Shown here piece by piece: positions 1-15,030 of a stretch of DNA of 34,765 nt; position 1 is the first letter of the stretch, and each line of letters begins with the position of its first letter. The notes beneath the pieces were generated by a model, which ran no database searches, was not told the origin of the DNA, and saw only the letters and a list, made by a program, of their open reading frames with translations. The translations under genes and the position numbers were made by a program. The stretch is from Spirogloea muscicola (lineage: Eukaryota): contig WELB01000021.1 of assembly GCA_009602725.1 (NCBI GenBank), positions 506,657 to 541,421 on the forward strand, written 5' to 3'.

Positions 1-2072
<2,072 letters not shown>

Positions 2073-2591
2073 CAAACAGACAAGGGTCCGGCGCCGCTGG
2101 CAGTCATCCAGACACGCAAGCAGCGCTTTTGGTCTCAGCCAGGAGCTTTACTGTGCAATTAAGTTTGAGATGACGCTTAGTCCACAACAAAGAGCAGGAC
2201 ATCAAGGTGGCACCCCTTCTTGCAAGCCTGGCTGGGCTACTGGCAAGGCGCAGCGCTGTTGCATTGCTTTTGTGTATGTACCAGCTCTGATCCAGATGCA
2301 AATGCTGTACTGCTCTGCCGCAGCCATGTGGTTATCACACAAACGTCGTCAAATAGCTGCTTAAGGACATCTCAGTGCTGTCGGTATCCACAAAATAACT
2401 TCCTTTCAATTGGTTGGTAGACTGACAAGAATGTAAGCTCAAACGGAATTCGTCCAAGCGGCAAAATGTTGGATGACACCCATACCCTGATCCCAACTCT
2501 CAAGACGCAGAAGCTCATCGAATAGGCACTTCTGGCCAGGCACCTTGCTCTCTAGTGCACCTGTACACAGGACTGCGAAGGTGCCATTCTA

Positions 2592-3962
2592 TTAAGCTTC
2601 CCCCACGAAGGTGGCAATGCTCTTGAGCCAGTGCTCATACTCCTTTTGCTCCTTGTCACGCGTCGTCACCACGATGTACTGGATGAGCTCCGTGTTCACG
2701 CCCCGCTCGTTGAGGTAGTTGTAGAACGCCTCCTGCAGCGCCTCATCGAGCTGGCTGCAGGGAAGATAAGCACGATAGGTTGGGTTCAGTAGGCTGTGTG
2801 GCGGCACGAAGCTGTGCTTATGATACAAGCTACATGAATGACTGCAGTCTGGCCCACCCCGAGCATGAGTGCCGCGTATGATGATGGACCAAGACCTACA
2901 ACTTGTGTTTAGCACTTAATCTGCATCTCTTCACGCTGCTCTTCATCATTTGTCATCCTACAATTCCATCAATGGTGGCAAGGCTGAGGCCTCCGGGCAC
3001 GTCAGGGGGAACTGCGAGTCGCATCCCCCTTGCAATTCAGCAACAAATTCAGAAAGCGTCTATTCGGCACGAGCGCACTTGTATGCAGGGCCTTCGTACG
3101 CCGTTCCGGCCTCCTCGCTGCCGTCCGGCGGCATAAGAGCCACCGAGTCAATGTACCACTTGCTGCCCTCGATCGTGCACTGCGGCAGCCCACGACCGCC
3201 CCGCCGCCAGACGTGGGTGAGGCGAGCATCAGCAAAACCGCACGGCAGCACAATGCAATGTCGCCATGGCCGCCATGCGCATGCGCTGCGCAAGGTGTGG
3301 GACTCGGGGCGCCAGGCACCTCGAAGACCAGCGGGTTGCCCTGCTTGCCGCGCTTGCTCACGGCGACGACGAACCCGAGCTCGGGCTGCCGGCTGTCGGC
3401 GTCCGCCTGCAGCAAGTGGGCGCCCACTTGGGGCGTCAGGCGAGCCCGTCGAGCGACTCCGCAGGGCAGCGGCGACGGAGCTCGCCCGCCGTCCTGACCT
3501 CGGCGTCGTCGAAGTCGGGCGCGGCGGCATCGTCGCCGTCGTCGCTGCCGCCGCCACCGTCTCCGTCCTCGTATGCGTCGCTGTCGATGACCCAGGTGAT
3601 GGTCACGTCCTCGCCGCCGCCGCCGCCGCCGACGCCGGCGGGTGAGCCGCGCAGCACGAGCTCGGCGCCGCCGGCGGTATCAGCCAGCCGGAACGGCGCC
3701 GGCGGGCCCCGCTTCACCTCCTGCGCCGCCGCCGCCGCGCCGCGAGGGACTTGAGCCNNNNNNNNNNNNNNNNNNNNNNNNNNNNNNNNNNNNNNNNNNN
3801 NNNNNNNNNNNNNNNNNNNNNNNNNNNNNNNNNNNNNNNNNNNNNNNNNNNNNNNNNNNNNNNNNNNNNNNNNNNNNNNNNNNNNNNNNNNNNNNNNNNN
3901 NNNNNNNNNNNNNNNNNNNNNNNNNNNNNNNNNNNNNNNNNNNNNNGGCGCGCGGCGGCCAT
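2592..3962 (-). CDS. Mitochondrial glycoprotein (MAM33/gC1qR family), spliced, crosses an N gap
   Basis: Exons ~3962-gap-3499, 3406-3320, 3179-3079 and 2754-2592 give FRLADTAGGAELVL...FVVAVSK..GNPLVFEC...YEGPAYNQLDEALQEAFYNYLNERGVN..L..Y.....DKEQKEYEHWLKSI..FV*. This is the MAM33 C-terminal pattern. The start ATG at 3962 is tentative. Confidence 0.88.
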
Positions 3963-4784
3963 AGCGGCGGGCGGCCCGCCGCGAGTCGCGGCGCACACGG
4001 CGGCGGCGGCGGCGGGGGCGGGGGTTGTGGGCCTCGGGGTTTAAGCCCCACACTGAGCACAAGTGGGACCACCGATTACTGCACCTTTTTTCGGAGGATT
4101 GCCAGATGTTTGTACGCATTGAAAAGTGCCATAGTCACCTCTTTGACGTAAGAGGCCCATACCTAAATTTCTGAAACTCCACAGGGAGTAGGTGCTTTTG
4201 CTTGTGCTTTTGCTTGTGCATAGTCAAATAGAATACACTGGAACCGAGCTTCTGATAAAGGTAACTACCACTAATTTCAACCCTGTTAGACAATCAAACA
4301 AGAAAACCCACCCGCTGTGCAAGCCTCAATTTCGCAAGGGGCAGCTTCAGGAGTACGAGCTATGTATAACTGGGACTGACTGCAACGTTCTGAAGTAAAA
4401 CGATGGAGCATACAAAACCCCAGCATGCGTGCCTGTGTGTTACTAAAGAATAACGTTAAAAAGAGGGGTCTGCAGCGTTCACGTCAATACTCACTGCAAG
4501 AATGGGGCGCAGCAGGAAGCAGCGACAAGCAGCCACTGCAACCCGGTGCCACGCTGTAGCAGCAAGGTTAGCACGCAGACATTGGTAGGCCAAGGACTCA
4601 ACCTTTGACTCAACCTTTGACAGTCTTTGCCAGCAAAGCCCTGCTATTGGTGCCAACTAACCCCTCCTACTAGCGGCCTGAAAGAACCCTAGGGCTCAAG
4701 AATTGTGTGAGTAATGAGTAAGGACACCAAGAAATCAAACAGTATTTGAATCTTCCACTCAAGGCCCACAGACAGGCCCGCCAC

Positions 4785-7700
4785 TTACGCCACCCGCAAG
4801 CCAGGGACGCCCCGCAGGCCCATCATGCCGACTGTCTTCTTGGCCAGCGCCGGCGGGCTGGACATCCCAAGACAAGCGGAAAAGAAGTTGGCCTGCGCCA
4901 CAAGCGTAGCCTTGTCCCAATTGAGGCCCCGCGCGGAGTTGTAGTACCCCAGCCACGACTGGTAAGCTTTCTCCTTGCTGTCCTCTTGTACAGCCTGCAG
5001 CGCAAGCTGCACCTGCACACCGTGCAGGAGCCAGCATTAGTGACCTCCAAGAGGTCAGCTTTAAGGCTACACATTTAATTACGCTAGCAGACTGCAGCGC
5101 ATCCTAATTCTAAGAGCTTATTCTATGCTGGCCTTCTAATAACTCGTCTGAACAAAGATGACCAGGTCAAGCATTGTACTGCCAGTTTTACCTTGCGTTC
5201 CAAAGCCTGCACGTTGACGGGCTCTTTGCCAGGGGCCACAGGCAGATCCTGTATCTGCTTCATAAAGTAGCGCTCGTAAGGTGCCAGCAGCAGGATGCCA
5301 TGACCCTCCTTCCCTGCCCTTGCTGTCCGGCCCAATCGATGGATGTACTGCTCTCTGTCTGATGGAACGCCGACCTGCACGCCACCCCCATTCAGGCATT
5401 GTACCTTGATGTCAGACTCACATGAAAGAATTGACATCAAAGAGCACACTGAGCAATCAAAGGACTCAAAGGTCTGACAATGAACACAGGTGAGCAGTGT
5501 GACAACGTCTTCTATCCATAAGCGCTTATGCACATTCTGTGATGAAGAGGAGGGAACCTGCAGCACGAGGCTGACATCCGGGTAGTCCACCCCGCGAGCC
5601 GAAACATCAGATGTGAAGAGGATGATGCCCCCTGGCGACTCGCGGAACTCCTGGGAGACCTTGGTGCGGAAGCTCTGCGACTTGCGAGAGTGAATCTCCC
5701 GCGTATTGTGCCCCAGGGCGGCAAAGAGCTCAGCCAGCAAGCCAGTCAGGCGGGCGGTGGTGGAAAAGACGAGGACCTGGCAGCATGGTCAACACAGACA
5801 AGCAACACACCATTAAACCCCAAGTAACTGCAGGCAAGGTGATGAACAAGACCACAGCTGTCTACAGAAAACTACTAGAGTAATATAGAAAATAAGGATA
5901 AAAGGTAGATGCAGAGTATTCAACTGCAAGCAAGTGTTGTGCTCCTTCAGACCTTGTAGTATGGTTCGGCAGCAATGTGCTGAAGGAGTGTGCCCAGGAT
6001 GGTGGCCAGTTGGTGCTCTGGAGGGGCAAAGAGCACCTCCTGGCGCACCTGCACGTTTGTCTGCGTCTCCTCCTGACCAACTGTGTCAACGAACTCGTGG
6101 TCCTTCTTCAGGGCAATGGCCTTCATGGCATGCACCTGTGCAAGTGCAACGGACAGCAGGACCAAGAGCTGCTGAGGCTGGCTGGTAACAATAGTCAGCA
6201 AAAGGCTGCAAGTTCCTGCATGCACAAGGTGTTCAACTAAACTGGGAACTGGCAAGTCGAACATCCATCTGACTTGAAATTCTATACACAAGTCCAATTC
6301 TTAAATGAAGGTCTTCCTCTAGCTTGCAAGAAATTTCCTGAGCTGTATTCACCTCGTCAGGTATTGTAGCTGAAAACAAAAGCGTCTGCCGGTTCTTTGG
6401 CACCTCGGCAAGGATGCCGTCCAGGGTTTTGCGGAAGCCCATGTCAAGGAGCTGATCAGCCTCATCCATCACAAGCACCTGCATCAACCGCCTTATGCAC
6501 TGAGCACTAACCTTTGACACCACAGGCACTTCCAAAAGTCCACGGGCAGAAAATGTGGCTCTGTATGTTGCAGTCTTTGTCAGCATTTCTTATGAATATA
6601 ATTTGTTAGGTTGAGTTTTCTTGGGAGGAGGATTTTTGGGTTGATCTCGAAGACTTGGAATGGTAAACAAATGAGGGTCCAAGAAAGGCCAGAAAGCAGT
6701 GCACCTTGAGGCCCTGCAGCTTCTGCCGCATGTTTGGCGTCTTCTGGATGTGGTCTAGCAGCCTGCCGGGCGTAGCCACTAGCAACTGCAACGTCAACAT
6801 CAATGATGCAGTTGGGGTGTCGTTAGTGACATGCATGCCGCCATTTGCTTCCGCTTGACCACTATAATGCAATCAATATGTCACTGTATGATGCCCAGAG
6901 TAGACATTACTGTTAGCTCCAGCTGCCATGTTCAGAAAAGCTGATGGCACTAATGCCAAACACAAGGAATGCAAGCAGTTCCACGTGATGCACCCGACAC
7001 ATGAGCAAGTTCGCCTCTGTACAGATGATGGAATATGCTCTTGCCTGGCAAGGGTCCCTCGCCAAGCGATTGGCCTCAGCATTCATGTTTGTGCCTCCGA
7101 TGACGACTTGGGCGCCAAGGCCCTGGTGAAAGGTGAGCAGCATGCGAGCCTCCGCAGCACACTGGGTGGCCAGCTCACGAGTTGGACATATGACAAGTGC
7201 TCGGATGGGCGAGGGTCCTCTGGTGAATGCCGCGTCCCTTGCTTCCGTTCGGAGCATCAGGTCAATAGCCGGCAGCTGCAGAAAGAAAGCCACAAGTCAG
7301 CAGCTCAGAGCTGGTGTTGACAACGACAATATCAAGTTCAGGACTTCTCCCGCAATCAATATCCAGTCTGCAAGTCCCAGCATTCCAGTTGGAGCTTGAT
7401 CTGTTTGCACAAACAGAAGTGGCTCGGACATTGAGCACAAAGATTGTGTGGCACACATGTGAAGGATAGATAGGAGGGCCAAGACAGGGGACCCACCGTG
7501 AACGCAATAGTCTTGCCTGTGCCCGTCTTGGCTTTGGCAAGCACGTCCTTGCCTGCAGAGGCAGATGCATGAGCAAGAGCAGCGACTGAAGTCAGGTGCT
7601 TGCACCACTCAAGCACAGGTCAATAGAAACAGACTTTGTGCCACAGCAAGCGGCAGATGATGGCATGGCACAAAGCAACAGAAAGGCCTGTCAGTGTCAT

Positions 7701-8748
7701 CGGAAAATCTGATCAAGACTACCCTGCGGATAACAGAAGTACTGTTGGTAAGCGTTAAGGTCTTCAACTGACTCCGATGTGATACACTAAAAACAGGTTG
7801 CCCCGCAAGCTTGCCTTGCAGGATGACGGGCAGCGTGGCAGCCTGCACGACCGTCATCGTCTCGTATCCCATGACCTCGTGGAGTGCGCGCAGGGTGAGG
7901 GGAGAGACAGCGCATGCATCGAACCTGCAGCACAGTGAGCACTCATCAGCTTCTCTCCTCCCGGTCTAACCAGGCATCAGCTGGTGGCACCAGGGCTCCA
8001 GGCGATGGAGGATTTGGCGTGCTGATCTGCCGACAGCCGTACCGTGACGTGGTCATGAACGCCGGGTCCGCGCCACTGCCACTGGCGGCCACCTCCGCAG
8101 GCTCTCTCAGCTGTGGCGTAGCCTTCTGAGGCGCCTCGGCAGCGCCACCTGCTGCTGGCAACGCCGGTGCTGTGGCCCTGGCCGGCTTCGTTTCCGAGCC
8201 ACCCGTTGGGCCTCGGCGCTTGCCAGGCCGGCTGTCGGCGACGGCGGCAGCTTGTGATGGGCCCCCGGGCCTCGCCCTCGTGGGGCTGTCGTCGAGGCCG
8301 AGCTCCCACCAGGGGGCCTCCCGATCCGCCACAGGAGCCTGCGCCGCGGCGGCTCTCGGGCCCATGACGCCGGCCCTCGTCTGCGCCGCCATGCCGGCGG
8401 CGGCGGGGGGCCCGCCAGCACGCTGCCAGGGGACCGTTGCTGCCTGCCGTTGGCAATGGGCAAGAGTGACGGCGGTAACGGCGTGTGAGATGGCTTCTGG
8501 GGTGCCACGGCAGCGGAACGCAGTCTGCCGCGGCGGCGGCCGAGGATTTGAACATGTGACCTTCAGATTGGGAGGAGAGGGAACGAGCGCCGCACCGCGA
8601 CGGCGGCGTGCGTGTGGCGCGGCCCGTGACCGGCGGCCGAGGGGGGGCCGTCCTCGTCGTTCCACAGGTCCTGCGCCGCGGCGGGCCGCCGGAAGCGGTC
8701 GACCAGCGCGGCGTCGACGGCCACCCGCGGGCCGCCGCGCCAAGATCG
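4785..8748 (-). CDS. RH48: DEAD-box RNA helicase, plant RH33/RH48-like (Mss116-like organellar group), 5' end in gap
   Basis: Exons ~8748-8631, ~8450-8043, 7924-7815, 7552-7497, 7275-7045, 6785-6705, 6478-6353, 6135-5953, 5776-5558, 5374-5192 and 5012-4785. Motifs seen: Q-motif (GYETMTVVQ), [39 protein letters not shown] and C-terminal [11 protein letters not shown]. The N-terminal DRF...DLWNDEDGP resembles RH33/RH48; the subfamily call is less certain than the family call. Confidence 0.9.
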
Positions 8749-9440
8749 NNNNNNNNNNNNNNNNNNNNNNNNNNNNNNNNNNNNNNNNNNNNNNNNNNNN
8801 NNNNNNNNNNNNNNNNNNNNNNNNNNNNNNNNNNNNNNNNNNNNNNNNNNNNNNNNNNNNNNNNNNNNNNNNNNNNNNNNNNNNNNNNNNNNNNNNNNNN
8901 NNNNNNNNNNNNNNNNNNNNNNNNNNNNNNNNNNNNNNNNNNNNNNNNNNNNNNNNNNNNNNNNNNNNNNNNNNNNNNNNNNNNNNNNNNNNNNNNNNNN
9001 NNNNNNNNNNNNNNNNNNNNNNNNNNNNNNNNNNNNNNNNNNNNNNNNNNNNNNNNNNNNNNNNNNNNNNNNNNNNNNNNNNNNNNNNNNNNNNNNNNNN
9101 NNNNNNNNNNNNNNNNNNNNNNNNNNNNNNNNNNNNNNNNNNNNNNNNNNNNNNNNNNNNNNNNNNNNNNNNNNNNNNNNNNNNNNNNNNNNNNNNNNNN
9201 NNNNNNNNNNNNNNNNNNNNNNNNNNNNNNNNNNNNNNNNNNNNNNNNNNNNNNNNNNNNNNNNNNNNNNNNNNNNNNNNNNNNNNNNNNNNNNNNNNNN
9301 NNNNNNNNNNNNNNNNNNNNNNNNNNNNNNNNNNNNNNNNNNNNNNNNNNNNNNNNNNNNNNNNNNNNNNNNNNNNNNNNNNNNNNNNNNNNNNNNNNNN
9401 NNNNNNNNNNNNNNNNNNNNNNNNNNNNNNNNNNNNNNNN

Positions 9441-9630
9441 CATTGAGGATAGGTGCTGGAAAAGCCAGCCCAAAAAAGAATGAACAGAGTACGAGAAGGG
9501 GGCCAGGGGAAGCGCTAAGAAAAACAAGCACACAAATAAACCAAGCAGCTACGAATCACTCAATCAGTAACCCCTGCTAAGCAGCCGCAGATCAGAGATG
9601 CTGGGCTCGCTCCAGGAAAACCAGATGCTT
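9441..9630 (-). mobile_element. 3' end of CRE-like non-LTR retrotransposon (ORF tail plus 3' UTR motif), runs into gap
   Basis: Minus strand encodes ...SISDLRLLSRGY* (stop at 9564). This is followed by ...ctgttcattctttttttgggctggcttttccagcacctatcctcaatg, the same tail and motif as the other clusters. Confidence 0.7.
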
Positions 9631-9699
9631 CTGACCTTGTGCCCCGCACTTCTGACCCCGGCCATGGCTCTCGCAGCCGACCCACTGTCAAGCGGCGTA

Positions 9700-9700
<1 letters not shown>

Positions 9701-9736
<36 letters not shown>

Positions 9737-12700
9737 TCGGCGGCGGCCGAGGCCAGCCCGCCGAAGCCTGCGCATCAACCAGCACAGCAGCATCAGCCCC
9801 TCCCGGGCGCTGTCGTCGCCAATGGTGCACTCACGACCGGACCGGAAGCCACCGAGGCCCTCATCGGCAATGGCAGGCCGTCCACTGCGGGCGCCGCCAC
9901 GGCAGCCACGCCCGCTGCAGCGCAACTCCCGCGGCAGCCCAGCGATGGCAATGCAGACTGCAGGCCGCCGGCTCCGGCCGCTGCAACGCAGCAGCTGCTC
10001 GGCGCGGCCCTTCCAGAGCGACCGGCCGCTGCCTCAGAGGCTTCCTCTGGTTCTGCCAGTCGCCTGCCGCTGCCGCTGGTCCCAGGTCTGCAGCCGGCGG
10101 TCGCGGAGGCACAGCGGCCTGGCGCTGGAGACACTGCCGAGCGGCTCCGGAGGGTGGACCACGGTGGCGGAGTTTTGCAGCAACAGCCGGCTGACGCTGG
10201 GACTAAGGTTGCTGCCTTCCAGTCGACACCGGCTGCTGCGGCGGCGGTAAAGCCAGACGTCGTGCCCACCGCACGCTCGGCGCTGGCGCCCCCCATGACA
10301 TCCTACTCTGTCGCTCCCGGTGGCATCCCCTTCCGGGACCTCCTCGCCGCGACTCCCGCCAGGCTGCTGACTGGTGATGCAGAGGCGTCGCTGACAGCAA
10401 AGCAGGGCCAGGTTGCTGAGCCAGAAGCCCCGGTCGTCCGGAGCCAGCTGCAGCCAGGAGGTGTCGCGGCCGCCGCCGCGGCTCGGACGGGCATGGCGGT
10501 CGACAATCAGGATCAGGGGGCCTCGAGGCTGGCGGCCCGCGTGCCAGAGCCCTCACTCGGACCAAGAGACGGCGGTATGGCCAACGGCAGCAGTGAGGCT
10601 GCTGTGGACGCTGGCAGCTCGGCAGAGCTCAGGCAGGAGGGTCACCAGGCTGTCGCAGCCGCCACCAGCGAGAGGGAGGCATTGGCAACCGCGGCCGCAA
10701 ATGCGCCGCCGCCGAGCCGGTGGGCTTCGCAGCCGGCGCAGGTTGGCGAGCCCCCTGCAGCGAGCGGCCTGAGCTCATGGTGGTCTGTCATCTCGCCGCC
10801 GCCGGCAGCGGCTCCGCCTCAGACTGTGCCATCGCCACTGCCGCCGCCGCCGTTGCGTCAGCCTGACCCATCGACCGGCCTGCTCAGCGCTGCCAAACCT
10901 TCCCTGCTGCCTGCACCGCCCTTGAGTTTGCTGCACGACGGCAGAGTCGGAGGAGGCACAGGCGAGGCCGCCAACGCCAGGACGGGTGCTGATGGAGTTG
11001 GCGAGACTCTGGCCTTGATAAAGCGTACAGATGCGACCAATGGCCAGATCCCAGACAAGGCCGGTGCAGGGGCGGCACCGGGTCTGCGCTCGGCGAGCAT
11101 GGACTCCGCCAATTTCGGTGGTAGGGCGACAACAGTCTCGGCTACCACCGGTGAGCATGGTGCCGCAGTGACGACGGCAGCTATGCAGCCAGACGTGAAG
11201 CCTGCTGTGAAGCCCCTGCAGAGCCGGGGGGGCGTCGAGCAACGAGACCCCGGCTTCGACCTGGCCGCCTCCTTGCACTCATCCTCCAATGGTGTCAGCT
11301 CCGTCTTCCAGCCCAGCTTCCAGTACATGCCCGCATTCAGGCCGCCTCCGCCACCGGCCTTTGGCAGCAACGACAAGAAGCCGGCCAGCTTGCCACCGCC
11401 GTCAGCGATGCCGCCTCCGAAGCCGGCAATTCCTGTGCCGGCCGCCAGCATGGCCTTCTCCTCGTCGGCTCCCACAGAAGCCGTGCCATCGAGTGCCTAT
11501 GCTGAGTTGGTGCCGCCGGGGCCGCTCACCGCAGGGCAATTACCAAAGCCCTTCGGTGCTGCCGCCGCCGTCGACAAGGAGAATCTGGAGAACGGCGCAC
11601 CCTTGCCACCACCACCACTTCGTTCCTTGTCAGCAGACCCTTCTGCTGACAGGATGATGCACGTCAATGGCAAGATTGGCCATCAGAGTCTCAGCTTTGC
11701 GCCCTCCGAGACAAGCGAATTTGCCTCTTTGGAGCAGGTAGGCATGCTGCTTTTGATGACAATTTTGATTACAGTTGAATCGTCAAAAGAGAGTCAGATG
11801 CAGTATGATCTGTATACTGGCACCAGCCACTTCACTTTCTTGTCTTTGGATACTTCTCGTAGACAGCCTCAAGTTCTGGTCCTTGCAGCTGCTCGCTGCT
11901 GATCTTTCTCGCTCATTGCCCTCTCTCTTTCTTGCAGCACATTGAGGACCTCACACAGGAGAAGTTTGCGTTCCAGCGGGGGCTGGAGGCAGCGCAGGCG
12001 CTGGCGGCTTCTCTAGCACAGGAGAATGAGGCGCTCACTCACGACTTCAACAACCAGGTGTCAAGACCCCACCTCCCCATGCGAGGACTTTTCAGTCCTC
12101 CCTGTCTCTATGGCCATACATTCTCTGACTTGCAGATGTCTCCGCAATGAGTTGCTGCAAGATGTGCTTGACCCCGGCTCACGCCTTGTTGATTCTTGCT
12201 TATGAAGGGTGGGGTGGTGAGTCAGCTGCAAGTTGAGCTCGAACAGCAGGCCAAAGCAATTCGCGCTCAGAAGGTGCAGTAGCTCAGCTTTCCCAACCGC
12301 TTGGACACGATCTGCGAGTGAGTGATGAGCGAGCGAGTCAGTGCTTTTCTGTAATCACGATCTCACCTGCCACAGATTCTGTACACCTTGCAGGCGATTG
12401 TGAAGAGCATGCAAGCAGAGAAGGAACGTGCGCAGCAGGAGAGTGTGGCTGCTACTGAGCGCTCACAGGCGCTGGCGGGCGAGGTTGTTGCGCTTGAAGA
12501 GAAGGCAAGCAAGGCTTGCCCACAACCAGGCCTATGCTCTTGCTTTCAAAGCCTGCAAGCTGAGTTTGGCCTCAGCATGCAGCCTTCCTGCAAGTGGCAT
12601 AGGCAAAGGGCAGCTCTACTTGGACTTTGCAGCAAGATTAGGAGCAGATGCTGTTGTGCTTAATCTGGTAAAGGTGGTGCTCGCTTGCAGGTGTTAAAGC

Positions 12701-14542
12701 TGCGGTCGCAAGAGCTCAAGCTGGAGCGCCAGGTGGAGGAACTCTTGGCTCACCAGAGCTTGCATGAGTAAGTCATGGTCCTCGCTTGCACGGGCTAAAA
12801 GCAAGCACTATAAATTGCTCACCTCACAAGAGTGTCTGAAGTGCCAGCAGAGACGAGAATATCAATGTACGCCATTAAGGGCCTTCATCTGCTGGCACCT
12901 GCAGAAGGACGGTGCAAGCTCTTGAAAGGGATCGCGCAAACCTGAGGTCGATGGTCGAAGCTCTTCAAGAAGGTGCTGCTGCTGTCTGCGATAGTCTTCT
13001 GCAAGATTTTGGATTTTTGCTGGATTGGCAGAGTCCAACTTTGCTTGCTGAACAGGAGATGGACGCATGTCAGTGACCTCACACTCCACTGTTTGATCCT
13101 CTGCGAGCAGAGAAGAGGTTTCTCCAAGTGCGGGTGCGGCAGGCTGCAGTCGAGGGTGCATTGGACGAGGTCAGGCAGCCTCCTCTTATAGCAACCGTCG
13201 ACGTCGAAGACGCTGGCCAATCTCCCTCGGTCGTCACCTCCACTGCCAGTGAAGACCTCAGTATGTGACGTCTACCCTCAAATTGTCGCCTGATTCTGGA
13301 GCATGACACTCTTGTGCCCTGTGCTGTGCTCGTCATATCCTGCTTGTACATCTGCAGCAAACTTCAGCTCAGCTGGTGGTATCTGAACGGCACATCATGC
13401 CCATGTGCTGACCTTTGGCTTTGTCACGCATTGCGCAGTCGCCGTGGCCCAAGAGCCGCTCACGCCCCTGCCGACACCGACCGCACCCTTGCCTTCGCTA
13501 GCCGCCACGGGCTTCCTGTCCCCCAGCCCCAGCAGTTTGACGTCTTCGGAGCGCCTCGCCGCCGCGATGGCTGCGGCGTCTTCTGCAGCTGCTGGAGCTG
13601 CCACAAGCAGGACACCAAGATCGCCTCTGGCAGCGGCTCTGCCACTTGTGGCCCCAAGCATACCTGCAGAGGACCTTCGTCTCATTGCCAGCATCGATGC
13701 AGCCCTTTCTGAGGTAATTACCGCGCCAGTCACGAAGCAGCAATATTTAGCCAGTCCTTGTTAGTGACGTAAAGTGATTCTTTTTGCTCTTCATCCATTG
13801 AGTACCAAATGAATGACTGACAAATTCCTGCATGCTTGACTGTTGCGTCCTGAACAGCTCACAGACGAGAGGGCTGCTTTGATGAAGGCATTTGATGCCG
13901 AGACCGCCGCTGCGGCTGAGCTGCGGGTCAGGCTTCACTCCCGTCTGCCATCTTTGCACCACCCCTGACATCCCACACCACTTTTCGTCTTTGCATGCAT
14001 GAGTTGGAGATACCATGGAGCCTATGTTGTGCAAGTCTGTCTATGGCAGCTGTTCGATGCCGTTGAAGCGACTCCTTCAGCTTCTCACTGTGCTGGCTGT
14101 CCAGCCTCTGGGTTTGGCTGTTCTGAGCTGTTACTTGTTGTGCAGGCGACAAACACGGACTTGTCAAGGAAGCTGGCATATACCCAGCAGCAGCTGGAGC
14201 TCGCGGTGGCGCAGAGGACCACAGCCCCACGCCAGGTTGCAAATAGTCCCGTGGCCACTGCACCACCAAGTGGTGGCCTCGAGTACGTGGATGAGGGGGA
14301 TGAGGTATGACAATAATACTATCGATTGTGTTTGATTGTGATTTGAGGGATCAAGAGCATTTGAGTCCCACTCTATTTCAAAAGAAATTGGAATTTATGG
14401 TGGTAGTATGACATATTTGATCACCCATCACCAAGTTACAATTATACATCACTTTTTGCAGGTGGTGGAAAGAGTGCTTGGCTGGATCATGCAGCTCTTC
14501 CCGGGAGGCTCAGCCCGGCGTAGCCGCGAAAAGCGCCTGTAG
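9701..14542 (+). CDS. BLI: BLISTER-like coiled-coil protein (PRC2/CLF interactor in Arabidopsis), 5'-partial
   Basis: Exons ~9701-11737, 11938-12057, 12208-12273, 12394-12504, 12691-12767, 12905-12972, 13111-13260, 13439-13713, 13858-13926, 14146-14304 and 14462-14542. They give FASLEQHIEDLTQEKFAFQRGLEAAQALAASLAQEN...LKLRSQELKLERQ...LSRKLAYTQQQLEL...DEGDEVVERVLGWIMQLFPGG..R*, which match BLISTER signatures. Confidence 0.9.
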
Positions 14543-15030
14543 TGTCCGACTTACCTGGGGTCCTCAGTCCACAAGTCTCGGCAGCCCCTTTTTGACGGCG
14601 TGCAGGCAAAGTGCTTGCCTTGTTAGTGCAGCTTTGACAGTGCATCGGACAGTGGCAACGGTATGAGTTCGGTGTTCCAAAATTCTTTACTGAACCCCTT
14701 TCAACAATCAGACTAGGGAGCTCATTGCTAGGCAAGATAAGATTTGCAGTTGATCAATGGCGTGCGCCAAGTGTTGCTGACATAAGAAATCAAGGCTCTG
14801 GCTATGTCTTGCCGTATTGGCCTGATATGAGCCATCATGAATACACATTTAGGTGTTGGATTCCCATATGTACTTAGGATACAATAGTATGCTAGTCTGT
14901 GAATGCTATGTTGTTGGTGTCGACCTGACGGTAACGCCCTTGCTAATGGCTGGTTATTGTGAGGATACGTGGTAGTCCATAAGGTACACTGGCCAAGGCA
15001 TGGCATGGCAAGAGCTCATACGAGAAACAG

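Noticed and set aside
4028..4159. Site II (TGGGCY) promoter elements upstream of MAM33
   Set aside because: Only two hexamers in GC-rich DNA, which is expected by chance.
7977..9533. Long ORFs spanning N gaps (also 3436-4151, 22620-24255, 30738-31369)
   Set aside because: These are artefacts of translating through Ns and homopolymers.
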